A stretch of 64,000 nucleotides of DNA from Candidatus Babeliales bacterium (GCA_963716425.1 OY970310.1:1110769-1174768); one strand, 5' to 3'; numbered from the stretch's first letter, positions 36,773 through 46,158 are shown. Translations and numbers: made by a program. Notes: generated by a model from the letters alone, not told the origin.

Positions 36773-38212
36773 ATGTCTCCATATGTGAATTGGCTATCGT
36801 TTGTTCTTTGTATGTTCCACGCGCATAGTTCAATGTGCATGGAATTATCTCCACAATCGTTACCGCAACACGATGAACTTGAAGTCTCGGAGCAAGCACC
36901 CCAAGGGGTTGGAGATGCATATGCAAAAAACACTATTGGCAGAGCGTGCTGGTGGTATAGAGCTCAATCGCTTGATCATGGCGAGGGCCAATTAGTTAAC
37001 GCTGCAAGGTACTTATCGAATGGCTCTTCTATTGTAACACTCTCAAGTGCCGGGGTTGCAACGGCATGGGATAGTGCGGAATATACGCAGGAAAAATTGT
37101 TCGATGTATCAGGTACAAATCATAAGATGGCAATGTCTGCAGATGGCAAGTATGTTGCGGTATCTGGGGAGAAGAGGTATTTGCCAAAACAGAGCGTAGT
37201 GGCTGTTCTAGGTATGGCTCCTATAAAGAATATGCGACAATATGATGTTGATGTGAGTGTAGGGTCATTGTTGTTTCATCCTTCTCAAAGCAACATACTA
37301 CTTATTGCACTCAATAATCATAACTCTCTGCGGAAAAATTTATGGGATCGTTCCAACGATGAGGTATTAGTAGAAAATGTACAAAATGCGCAAACTGTTG
37401 CGCGGTTAAAGCCGCGCCAGAAGTTACATGGTTCTGATATTTCTGCGATAGCGATTCATCCTAAAGGTTATCAATATTTGGTGGCTTATTGGTATCAGAA
37501 GTTGGGAAAAGAAGTTGCAAAGATCGCAGTGTACAATGATGTATGGCAAAAGATTGGCACGTTAGCACAAGAAGGACCGACGAGTGTGGTGGAATTTCAG
37601 TCACAGGGCAAGTTACTCGCAACAGGTTGTTCTAAAGGCAAAGTAGGGTTATGGGATGCTGATGGTAATAAATTACCAACGTTACGCCACTGGCGTTGTT
37701 CTTTGGAGAATACGTCACATCCTGATCGAGCAGCGGGAATTAATGATATTAAGTTTCATCCCTCCAACAAATTGCTTGCCATTGCATCTGAATGCGGCTA
37801 CGTGCAATTAAAAGATTTTGAGGGCAATGCGGTTGTTGAGTTGCGGCAACAGAGTGCGGTCAGAGAAATAGCATTTCATCCTGATGGCACAAGCCTTGTA
37901 GTAGTTGGGGCCAATGATTCACATGAGTTTGATAATGGAGCAGTCATCTGGAAGCAGCATGAGGAGCTTACATTAAAGCAGGTGTTATTGCGTAAAGTAT
38001 TTCATGCTTATTATAAAGAGTGTATTAAAAGTCGACTAACGCCAGAGATTCCTACAAGCACAGATAACATGGTCCCTTGGATGGCTGACAAATTTGATAT
38101 AGTTCAAGATGAGCTGGCAGATACCTGGAACTCCCTGCCAGAAGATTTAAAGCAAAGCATGATGAACAAACTTATATTTCTTAAAGAAAGAATTGCTCGG
38201 GATATGCAATAA
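36773..38212 (+). CDS. secreted WD40/beta-propeller protein, fourth member of the C-terminal-domain family
   Basis: Leader MSPYVNWLSFVLCMFHAHSSMCME. Blades LATGCSKGKVGLWDADGN and LAIASECGYVQLKD. C-terminal LTLKQVLLRKVFHAYYKECIKSRLTPE..MVPWMADKFDIVQDELADTW. Confidence 0.75.
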   Translation: MSPYVNWLSFVLCMFHAHSSMCMELSPQSLPQHDELEVSEQAPQGVGDAYAKNTIGRACWWYRAQSLDHGEGQLVNAARYLSNGSSIVTLSSAGVATAWDSAEYTQEKLFDVSGTNHKMAMSADGKYVAVSGEKRYLPKQSVVAVLGMAPIKNMRQYDVDVSVGSLLFHPSQSNILLIALNNHNSLRKNLWDRSNDEVLVENVQNAQTVARLKPRQKLHGSDISAIAIHPKGYQYLVAYWYQKLGKEVAKIAVYNDVWQKIGTLAQEGPTSVVEFQSQGKLLATGCSKGKVGLWDADGNKLPTLRHWRCSLENTSHPDRAAGINDIKFHPSNKLLAIASECGYVQLKDFEGNAVVELRQQSAVREIAFHPDGTSLVVVGANDSHEFDNGAVIWKQHEELTLKQVLLRKVFHAYYKECIKSRLTPEIPTSTDNMVPWMADKFDIVQDELADTWNSLPEDLKQSMMNKLIFLKERIARDMQ

Positions 38213-38253
38213 ATGAGGAGCACATACGAGTGATGTAAAAATAGGAGCTTAAA

Positions 38254-40314
38254 ATGAATAAGAGCATTGTTCTTAATGTATTGTTTGCATGCCTTATGTT
38301 TCCAATTTGTGCGATGAATGATGACTCTTGGGATTGGCGCGATGAACCATGTGCTCATGACGATTCATCACATGAAGGAGGTGAGGAGTCATCAGATGAC
38401 AGCAATGTGGCACTCAACGCAACTCGATATGTGCTTGGTGAACTCCTGCGTAGTAGTGAGCGGCATCGCTTTCAGCAAAAGCAGTTACAGCAAGCTGCAG
38501 TGCAACCGTTTACAGAGGATGAAGTTAATTCATTAAAACAATGGCCAGCGCCAGAAGATTTTGCAGAAAGAGAACCGTGGCCATTAGATGAGTTGCTCCG
38601 ACAGCCTGTTGTACAACGGCTAAAAGCTTCATCACAAGATGTTAAAAATCTTGCACTCAAAAGAGTTAAGCATTTAACAAAACCTGGCCAGCGATATATG
38701 GCAGCCTGCGCTCTTTCTGCTGGAGCAGATCCTGAATTGCCATGTGGCCAATCGGTTTCATTCCTTTCTCATGCTGTTCATCAAAGAATGCCTAGATTTG
38801 TGCAAATTCTTGTGCCATTAAAACCAAATCCAAACCGTGTGCAGGCAATAGTGCATAATTCTTCTGGTCTACATATTGATATCCCTCTTTTTTTTCAGGC
38901 AGCCGATACTAAGATGAGCGGATTGCTCAATGCATTAGGAGCTGATTATAGCTTAAGAGGAGGGTATGATAACGGTACGGTGTTGCATTATATGTGTAGA
39001 GTTAATGTAGCCAGCGGGCCTGCAGTGCCGTTACTTAAATATTATTTAGAGCATGGGGCTGATCCTCGTGCAGTTGATGATAAGGGTCGCACGCCTTTAC
39101 ATGTAGTGGGAAGAAACTTAAGTCAGTGTAACTTGGATCTTTCATTATCGTATGCACTGATGTTACTTAAATATGGTACGCCGCCACATGCCAAAGACGT
39201 TGATGGTAAGATGTTCTTGGAGTATGTTGATCAACTTAGGTATAAGCCTGAACGTGGGCATTTGAATAATCGCGTTTTATATGCATGTATGGAACAGTAT
39301 TTAAAAAGGCATACGCTACCGCGACATTCCCCAGATGACGTTGCTCCTGAACAGACTCTCTTGTGTGCATGCTTAAAGTCATCGCATGCAAAAAAGGAAG
39401 AAGTTGAGCTTCCGTTCATTTCACAAGAATATACGCAAGCACATTCGCCACTTTTACCAGAGCCGTGTGCTATGTTAGATTGTAATGCATTGCGCAAACA
39501 ACCAAAATATCCTTTTTGGCAGCGCATCATTGCTATTAAGGATGTTTCCAAAGAAATTGATATAAGTGTCATGAAAATGGTAGATGCAGAAGTGGCACCT
39601 GTCTATTTGGATTGGAATAAAGCTAGAACCCTTGCATCAATGGCAATTGCCGCAGATAATAAGTATTTCCACAACAATTTTAAGGATCTTTATATTGGTG
39701 ATTTGGCATTGACTGAGGATGATGTGCCGTTTATGCGCTTTATGCTTCAACACGACGTACATAGAGTAGAAGGGTATTTTGTGGTGAGATCAGTTGCAAT
39801 GGCCTTACTCCTCAAAAATTATTATCCTATTACAGAATTAGACACTTTGAGTTGTAATCAGCTCCACTGCACGGCAGAATGGGGCGCTATTGTGGATGAT
39901 GATCTTCCAGATTTTTATCGAGCAAATGGAGTTGATCCTCTTTTAGAAAATAAAGAGGGTACAACGCCACTTCACTTGCTTGCAGCTCATAGTTACCGAT
40001 ATATCCGAAGTGAAAGAAAGCTCATTAAGCTTGCTCGCATGTTCCTTCTTGCAGGGGCAGATGTTACCAAAAAGCATCCACGATTAGGTCAGTCTGCGCT
40101 TGAAATTGCCCAATCTGTACATGAGTTATGGGGTGCTACAGCCACTGCATCTCTTGTGAAATTATTAACTGTTGCTGCATCCGAACCTCAATATGCACTC
40201 AAAATGTACGCCATAGAAAAAGAAGCAGGGCTCATGCTTGCAGAATTGGATGCTCAAAAGTTAGCGCGTACAAAAAGGCAGACTTTTGTGAAAATGAATA
40301 GTAATGGTGCATAA
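38254..40314 (+). CDS. secreted ankyrin-like protein, long paralog of 28378..30012
   Basis: 686 aa. Leader MNKSIVLNVLFACLMFPICAMN. Shares the blocks GADYSLRGGYDNGTVLHYMCR, GRTPLHVVG, LPEPCAMLDCNALRKQPKYPFWQRIIAI, FLLAGADV and LVKLLTVAASEPQ. Confidence 0.75.
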   Translation: MNKSIVLNVLFACLMFPICAMNDDSWDWRDEPCAHDDSSHEGGEESSDDSNVALNATRYVLGELLRSSERHRFQQKQLQQAAVQPFTEDEVNSLKQWPAPEDFAEREPWPLDELLRQPVVQRLKASSQDVKNLALKRVKHLTKPGQRYMAACALSAGADPELPCGQSVSFLSHAVHQRMPRFVQILVPLKPNPNRVQAIVHNSSGLHIDIPLFFQAADTKMSGLLNALGADYSLRGGYDNGTVLHYMCRVNVASGPAVPLLKYYLEHGADPRAVDDKGRTPLHVVGRNLSQCNLDLSLSYALMLLKYGTPPHAKDVDGKMFLEYVDQLRYKPERGHLNNRVLYACMEQYLKRHTLPRHSPDDVAPEQTLLCACLKSSHAKKEEVELPFISQEYTQAHSPLLPEPCAMLDCNALRKQPKYPFWQRIIAIKDVSKEIDISVMKMVDAEVAPVYLDWNKARTLASMAIAADNKYFHNNFKDLYIGDLALTEDDVPFMRFMLQHDVHRVEGYFVVRSVAMALLLKNYYPITELDTLSCNQLHCTAEWGAIVDDDLPDFYRANGVDPLLENKEGTTPLHLLAAHSYRYIRSERKLIKLARMFLLAGADVTKKHPRLGQSALEIAQSVHELWGATATASLVKLLTVAASEPQYALKMYAIEKEAGLMLAELDAQKLARTKRQTFVKMNSNGA

Positions 40315-40396
40315 TAAGCTTTAGTTGCTAAAAACGGCAATTTGAACTATCCTATTTGTATTATATCATCTTTTTATACTACAAAATAGGTATTGC

Positions 40397-41605
40397 ATGT
40401 TTTTTCATCAGCATTCAGTTTCTACAATGTTATTCTTTTTTGTCAGCACTTCTGTGCATGCCATGCAGAGACCACCTGGGGATGCTTATCAGGGATATCT
40501 TACAGCTATTGCAGAGAACAATATTCCAGCGGTAGAAGTATCCTTAAGGCATAACCCTGATTTTGTTGATCAATTTGATCGTTATTCGCAAGATACTGCC
40601 GTGCATGCAGCGGTGAAGGCAAAGGGTGATACTACGCAACTTATCACATTATTGCTGCAAGCAGCAGCTCCTTACAAGCCTTGTAAGAACTCCTTTGCCT
40701 CATCAGTACATGCAGCAGCTAAACTTAATAACGTTACAGCACTGGCATTGTTACAAGACGCTGGTGGTGACCTTAATGTTCAAAATGCTTTGGGAGAATC
40801 ACCATGCTATGGGGCTATGGAATCTGATGCTCTGGAAGCGGTTGCTTGGTTGCATACAGCGGGTGCCAACGTGAATAGTACTGATCTGTATGGTGGAGCA
40901 CTAGTGCATTGGGCAGTTATTAAGGGAGAATTAAAAAAGCTTAATCATGTGTTGGCTCATGGTGGCCGGCTTGATGTTCAAACTGAGACCCCAGCATTGC
41001 CACCTAGTGTAATACGAACTAATCTTCCACATGAAATTGGTTTAACTCCTTTCCATGTGGCTGCTTATAATCTTGGTCCAAACACGCAAGATGCTAAGAA
41101 ATTATTATTATATCATGGGTTATGGCATGGTCATCTTAGCCCGGTAACGCATCAAGAACTTTTTACCTTATTGTGTTGTTTGAATAGACTTTGCCCAGCA
41201 TTGTATGCGAATCGCTTTAATCTGTTATTGCCTTATGTAGTGCAACAAGTTACAGCTCAGGGGCTTGTGAAGTTGCTCAGTTCTCCCAAAGAGAGTGGGC
41301 GTGCTTTTGGACAAAAACTGCTACGGCCGCGTGCAATGAATGTGCAGCGTATCTTGTTGATGCAAAGTAATACAGGAAATACTGCACATATGATAGAATG
41401 TCAGCAAAGGGTGCAGGATACTAAAGCACCTGAACCAATGCTTCTGCCTTGCAAAATTGGCAATGACTATAAGCAATTTATCGATGCAGCCAAAACTGGC
41501 ACTCTTACAAAAGTTCCTCTAACTAATGTTTTTAAAGCAGCACTCGACGTAACTGAATCACCATCATGGTCTTCATGGGAATGGGGAAAATGTGTTATTT
41601 GCTAA
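40397..41605 (+). CDS. secreted ankyrin-repeat protein with LLCCLNRL-type C-terminal region
   Basis: 402 aa. Leader ..MLFFFVSTSVHAMQ. ANK motifs LLQDAGGDLNVQNALGESP and AWLHTAGANVNSTDLYGGALVHWAV. FTLLCCLNRLCPALYANRFNLLLPY. Confidence 0.8.
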   Translation: MFFHQHSVSTMLFFFVSTSVHAMQRPPGDAYQGYLTAIAENNIPAVEVSLRHNPDFVDQFDRYSQDTAVHAAVKAKGDTTQLITLLLQAAAPYKPCKNSFASSVHAAAKLNNVTALALLQDAGGDLNVQNALGESPCYGAMESDALEAVAWLHTAGANVNSTDLYGGALVHWAVIKGELKKLNHVLAHGGRLDVQTETPALPPSVIRTNLPHEIGLTPFHVAAYNLGPNTQDAKKLLLYHGLWHGHLSPVTHQELFTLLCCLNRLCPALYANRFNLLLPYVVQQVTAQGLVKLLSSPKESGRAFGQKLLRPRAMNVQRILLMQSNTGNTAHMIECQQRVQDTKAPEPMLLPCKIGNDYKQFIDAAKTGTLTKVPLTNVFKAALDVTESPSWSSWEWGKCVIC

Positions 41606-41633
41606 GCTTTAGAATCAGATTGCACCAACTATT

Positions 41634-42701
41634 TTAAAGAGGGATATCGCTTGCCGCCGTTGCAGTCGCTTTGGTACCTTTCTGTTGCATGACCATGTTG
41701 ATTTGTTGAGTCCAAGTCGGGTGATATTGCGTGAGCTTTTTGCTATCGAATTTATCTTGATCTTCTGCGGCTCGGTGGATATTGTTTGGGTATGTTATGC
41801 TGCCAAAATCTGTGTGTGAGCATACTATCGCTGCGCATTTTTCTTGTTCTTCAAGTATTGGGCCTTTAATGCAATATAAGCAAAGAAGTTTGCAAACATC
41901 TCGTGGCAGCAGAGGATTAACTCTTTTACAACAGAGTAATATCGTTTTACAGAAATTATTTAAACTCAAATGTTTTCGTATGCGAGGTAGAGGAATATAG
42001 GTGACTAATATTTGTGCCATATCGGTATAACCTAACTTAATAGCTTTCTGGCAAATGGATTCAGGGTGAAGCTGGATCACGTGCATGGGACCCGGGTCAT
42101 TTGATTCATACGATTCCAATCTATTGGGATCGGCTCCTGCATCAAGGAGCATGCGCACTGCGGTATGATTGCGGCTATGGAGCGCGATGCTTAAAAGAAA
42201 GTCAGCCCTGTTTATGTTATTTGGAATAGTGACTATATTTTGATTGGGATCTGCCCCTTGGGCAAGAAACTTGCTTACTGTAGTATTATCTTGTGTTTTA
42301 ATTGCTTGGGCAAGGGGTATATAGATACACCACATCACGAGCCTAGAGGTATGGTCAAAGGGTGGTGCGCCTTGTTTATTCTTAATATTAATGCGAGCAC
42401 CAGCTTCCAAAAGGCATATGATTTTTTGTCGGTTTTCCATTTCTTCTTGGCTTTCTGCAAATTCTTGATCGCCTAGTTTTTGGCCAAATGCAAGATGCAA
42501 TGGCGTATCACCGTTATTATTTTGTGCGTTTACATCAGCCTTTGCTTCTATCAGTTTTTGAATCACTGTATCATTGCCAGCATCTTGGCTTATTACGGCA
42601 AGATGCAGTGGCATATTGCCTTTTACATTGGTGGCTGCATCCATACAGAATATTGGAGTGTTGAACAATAAGATAATTAGGTATAAAAGATAAGTAACCA
42701 T
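41634..42701 (-). CDS. secreted ankyrin-repeat protein with C-terminal F-box-like region
   Basis: 355 aa. Leader MVTYLLYLIILLFNTPIFCMD. GNMPLHLAV, LIEAKADVNAQNNNGDTPLHLA. ILLCCKRVNPLLPRDVCKLLCLYCI...YHPTWTQQI. Confidence 0.85.
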   Translation of the reverse strand: MVTYLLYLIILLFNTPIFCMDAATNVKGNMPLHLAVISQDAGNDTVIQKLIEAKADVNAQNNNGDTPLHLAFGQKLGDQEFAESQEEMENRQKIICLLEAGARINIKNKQGAPPFDHTSRLVMWCIYIPLAQAIKTQDNTTVSKFLAQGADPNQNIVTIPNNINRADFLLSIALHSRNHTAVRMLLDAGADPNRLESYESNDPGPMHVIQLHPESICQKAIKLGYTDMAQILVTYIPLPRIRKHLSLNNFCKTILLCCKRVNPLLPRDVCKLLCLYCIKGPILEEQEKCAAIVCSHTDFGSITYPNNIHRAAEDQDKFDSKKLTQYHPTWTQQINMVMQQKGTKATATAASDIPL

Positions 42702-43039
42702 TGCGTATCCCCCTTGGGTATTGGTTAGGGGTTATGCTATCCAACATTGAGTATAAAAGTATTTATTTGGGGGAAGCAAGGGTTTTATAGCATTTTACAC
42801 ATCTATAGAATTTCTGCGTGATCAATCGCATGAGATGCAAAAACTTGATCAAGCATTTTAAGCGTAACTTGCTGATCGTCTAAGCGTGTTCCAATTGGAC
42901 ACGCTAATTTTTAGAGCTGCAACGCTGTGTTATATTAAGCTTGTAAGAGTTATGAAAAGCGCTACACTTGTTCTGATCAATTTAGTCAATCTTTTATTTT
43001 ATATGGTAGAGTGATTGTAAACATAAAAGAGTTATAGCT

Positions 43040-44809
43040 ATGGCATTGAACAAAACTTCTATTATCCTTTCTTTTGTAGCATTTCTTACTATTTTTTTTG
43101 CGCAAGCAGGATTTGTTAAAGGTACAGTAGTCAAAACATCATCAGGATTTGTTCCTATAGAGGAACTTAATATTGGCGATGAAGTGTACTGTTTTGATAT
43201 GCATAATGATGAATTTTTACTGCGGACCATAACAGATGTATCAAGGCATGAAGTTTCGTATCTTTTGTATATTCAAACGAATGGTACTCACATAATTGTC
43301 GATGCCCAGCAACCTTTTTATTTACCGGTGGAAGAAGCGTGGTGTTATGCTGAAGATCTTCAACCCAGTATGGTGCTCTTAAGTTGTGATCAGCAACGCA
43401 TTATGGTACAGAATGTTAATGAAGTGTGCATTAATGCGCTGGTCTATGATATTACCGTTGATGAACTACATAATTTTTGTGTAACAACTGATGGCATAGT
43501 CGTTCATAATTTTTTTTGGGTAGCAATCCCATTAACTCTATCTCTTTCAAAAATTGCATATTCACTTGGAGTTGCTCTAGTAGCATATACCTGTTATGAT
43601 TTTGTACAAAAAAATACTGGAGCATCAAATGATCTTAATATAGATCTTTCTAATGCTCATTTCTCTGGTTTGATTGATCCATATAGTTCTCAAAAAAATC
43701 AACGATATGGTCATGATGGCTATGTGCATTTAGGCAATGAAAGCAGTCATAGTAATGCTGTCTTTGCATCTAATCAATCGCAAGAATCAATTAGTTCAGT
43801 GCCTACTTATGCTGCTAGAAAATTACCACAATCTCCTAGTGTGCATGATACTAGGTCATATGCTGTACCGAAGATTGAATCTGAGAAAATACTTGGTTGT
43901 GGCACTGGATTATTGCCTGCTTCTCCAGAGTTTGATCAGAATAAGCCTTCTTGTATTCAAGGAATTGATAATAATGGTGGCCGGACTTGTAACCCCGGCT
44001 TATTAATACCAGTTCCAAAAACTAATCTTGGTGAGCTTTGTGAAGTATCAGGTAGCAAAGATGATGATGCCGATACTAAGCTGCCAACGTGTGGTATTGG
44101 TTTGCAGCCAATACCTGAATCCAGAACTTTATGTAGTTGGAGTAACAATTCAACAAAACTAACTGTTTATCCTGAAAAAAAAATTGGTGGAAATCAGGAG
44201 AGTGATGCTGAAACTGATGAGGAAGAAGCCTATAAGAAATATGATAGTGAAAAGATTGATGTTGATGTTGGAACAGATCAGCAAGAGCCAGATCATCAAG
44301 ATAAAGAAGAAAATAATGTCCCATTAAAAGAAGAAATTAAAATCTCTTTGGAAGAGACTGTGAGAGCAATTAAAGAATTAGTTGATCAAAATCCTGAAAA
44401 AATTTGGTCAAAAATTACGCCTACTCAAGAATTCCATAATTCACATTCTTTAATACCTAAGTCATTTGTAATTAATGTAGAGGGACAATTAATTTGGGTA
44501 AATCCCAGTGGATCAAAACATCTTATGGAAGAAACCAGTCCCCCTCTTTCCGCGAGTAAAAGAAAAGATGCTAAACCCCTTAGGCAGGAAATTGATCCTT
44601 TGATATCTCCTTGGGATATTCCTGCAAAAGAATATAAATTTTCTCATGAGTTATTGCTTAATGATTTTTATGAAGATTTGCAAGCGGCTATAAAACCTGG
44701 CGTCAAATATGGGGAATTAATAATTATTAATTCATGGGAATTTAAATTTGATTATCCAAGCATTGAAAATGGTCATCCAATTCTTTTTCATGCTTTAAAG
44801 GTGAAATAA
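43040..44809 (+). CDS. signal peptide + Hint (intein-like) domain + TM + low-complexity linker + unknown C-terminal domain; polymorphic-toxin-like protein (type alpha tip)
   Basis: 589 aa. Leader MALNKTSIILSFVAFLTIFFAQA. Hint blocks GFVKGTVVKTSSGFVPIEELNIGDEV ... VYDITVDELHNFCVTTDGIVVHN. TM FFWVAIPLTLSLSKIAYSLGVALVAY. Ser/Gln/Asp-rich linker. C-terminal NPEKIWSKITPTQEFHN...SPWDIPAKEYKFSHELLLNDFY...NGHPILFHA. Confidence 0.8.
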   Translation: MALNKTSIILSFVAFLTIFFAQAGFVKGTVVKTSSGFVPIEELNIGDEVYCFDMHNDEFLLRTITDVSRHEVSYLLYIQTNGTHIIVDAQQPFYLPVEEAWCYAEDLQPSMVLLSCDQQRIMVQNVNEVCINALVYDITVDELHNFCVTTDGIVVHNFFWVAIPLTLSLSKIAYSLGVALVAYTCYDFVQKNTGASNDLNIDLSNAHFSGLIDPYSSQKNQRYGHDGYVHLGNESSHSNAVFASNQSQESISSVPTYAARKLPQSPSVHDTRSYAVPKIESEKILGCGTGLLPASPEFDQNKPSCIQGIDNNGGRTCNPGLLIPVPKTNLGELCEVSGSKDDDADTKLPTCGIGLQPIPESRTLCSWSNNSTKLTVYPEKKIGGNQESDAETDEEEAYKKYDSEKIDVDVGTDQQEPDHQDKEENNVPLKEEIKISLEETVRAIKELVDQNPEKIWSKITPTQEFHNSHSLIPKSFVINVEGQLIWVNPSGSKHLMEETSPPLSASKRKDAKPLRQEIDPLISPWDIPAKEYKFSHELLLNDFYEDLQAAIKPGVKYGELIIINSWEFKFDYPSIENGHPILFHALKVK

Positions 44810-44811
44810 TT

Positions 44812-45360
44812 GTGAATATTATGTATTTTCAATATACCATTATTAACGTTGTGAGTATAGAAAAGTTAATTGATGAGCATATACCCATGGATATACAGTT
44901 TGAATATAGTGAATATTCAAATATCCATAATCGCATTGAATATAGAACTGAAAATTATTACATGTTTTTTAAAATAGGAGACCTATTTGGAGAATTAGTT
45001 GGTATTACCCTTTTATGTAATAAAAATTATAATTTCATCAATGATAATATTTCACTTGATCAATTACCCTATAATAACAGTATTGTTGCACTTAAAATTA
45101 AGAATATTAATCAATTCGCAAAAAGACCGTATCTTGATAATGGCGTTAATTATACTATTTCAGAATCATGTAAAGTTGATGTTTATAAGGATGCTTTGAA
45201 AATATCAATGCCAAATGCACCAGAGCCTGTTTTTTGTATAATGAACAACGATTTCGGTGTTCTTACAGATATTGAATTTAATATTTGTTCATTTGTGTTG
45301 AAGGGTATTACCTTAGTTGAGCATGCTTACTTACAAGATCATGCAAAACGATCTACTTAA
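44812..45360 (+). CDS. small ORF 1 downstream of Hint gene (candidate immunity/partner protein, type alpha)
   Basis: 182 aa. GTG start 3 nt after the upstream stop. No signal peptide and no known motif. The N-terminal half differs between units and the C-terminal half is conserved. Confidence 0.6.
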   Translation: MNIMYFQYTIINVVSIEKLIDEHIPMDIQFEYSEYSNIHNRIEYRTENYYMFFKIGDLFGELVGITLLCNKNYNFINDNISLDQLPYNNSIVALKIKNINQFAKRPYLDNGVNYTISESCKVDVYKDALKISMPNAPEPVFCIMNNDFGVLTDIEFNICSFVLKGITLVEHAYLQDHAKRST

Positions 45361-45724
45361 AAAGAAAGCTATGTTAGAACATAACAATAAAATCATACAA
45401 AAAATTATTGAATTAAAAAAAACAGATATTCTAGAATTGCTGCGGTACGGACTAGAACATGAATTCATTGATGGTGAATTTTGCTCAAGTGTTGTAATAG
45501 AGCTTTTGAGTAAAAATATTATCACAGATAATCCGTATGCCTTAGATATCGCTAGTTTAATTCGTACTAAATATGAAAATCAATATGAAAAAACTCAATT
45601 ACTAATCGTAGAAGCAACAAAGAAGACTGATGTTACCTATAATGAGAGAAAGCAACTTTACAATAAAATATGGTTTTATATATTTCAGCTTAATGATCTT
45701 TTAACATCAGGATTTATAGAGTGA
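45323..45724 (+). CDS. small ORF 2 (second candidate partner protein); start 45323 or 45341
   Basis: About 128-134 aa. Overlaps the end of ORF 1 in another frame. Nearly identical in unit 2. No known motif. Confidence 0.55.
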   Translation: MLTYKIMQNDLLKKKAMLEHNNKIIQKIIELKKTDILELLRYGLEHEFIDGEFCSSVVIELLSKNIITDNPYALDIASLIRTKYENQYEKTQLLIVEATKKTDVTYNERKQLYNKIWFYIFQLNDLLTSGFIE

Positions 45725-45742
45725 GGCCTTGCAATAATGCAG

Positions 45743-45898
45743 TTACTAGATCTGTAGGGGAAATCCATGCTCCCGCAGATAGCACATGATTTTTTCTCCA
45801 ATGTGTGGCATACAGCCTTCTACATTGGTGGCTGTATCCATGCAGAATATGGAAGAGCTGAATTGTAGGGTGATCAAGTAAAAGAGGTGAGTAATCAT
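45743..45898 (-). pseudogene. 5' remnant of an ankyrin gene (paralog of 41634..42701)
   Basis: Minus-strand translation MITHLFYLITLQFSSSIFCMDTATNVEGCMPH..LQI*, compared with intact MVTYLLYLIILLFNTPIFCMDAATNVKGNMPLH. It stops after 51 codons. The upstream region also matches 42702-42790. Confidence 0.7.
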
Positions 45899-46158
45899 TG
45901 CGTATCCCCCATGGATATTGGTTAGGGGTTTTGCTATCTAGTACTGAGTATAAAAGTATTTATTTTTGGACAAGCAAGGGTTTAATTGCAATTAGGCGAA
46001 AGTGTTTAATTGCGCTAGGACACGCTTAATTTTTAGACTGCTGCAGCACTGTGATATATCACGCTTGTAAGAGTTATGAAAAGCGCTACACTTGTTCTGA
46101 TCAATTTGGTCAATCTTGTATATGGTAGAGTGATTGTAAACATAAAAGAGTTACAACT

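Larger units (their letters stand above)
42600..45790. repeat. tandem unit 1 of the approx 3.1-3.2 kb amplified module (ank 5' end + intergenic + Hint gene + two small ORFs)
   Basis: Sequence from approx 42622 (ttacattggtggctgcatccatacagaat) recurs from approx 45826. The Hint-gene starts at 43040 and 46159 align, with near-identical 5' halves. Confidence 0.8.

Noticed and set aside
42884-42904. Near-perfect 21-bp palindrome GCGTGTTCCAATTGGACACGC upstream of Hint gene copy 1 as an operator
   Set aside because: It is present only in unit 1. Unit 2 has a different sequence there, and there is no partner regulator or second site, so the support is insufficient.
42994-43230. 78-aa minus-strand ORF across the 5' end of the Hint gene, with a 79-aa conserved twin at 46110..46349
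   Set aside because: The conservation is explained by the tandem DNA duplication itself. The ORF is antisense to the signal peptide and Hint block A and has no motif or RBS.
43737-44006. Alternative-frame 89-aa ORF inside the linker region of the Hint gene (twin at 46856..47125), and antisense 63-aa ORFs at 43957..44148 and 47076..47267
   Set aside because: They lie in the low-complexity linker of a longer, better-supported frame. The duplication explains the twins.
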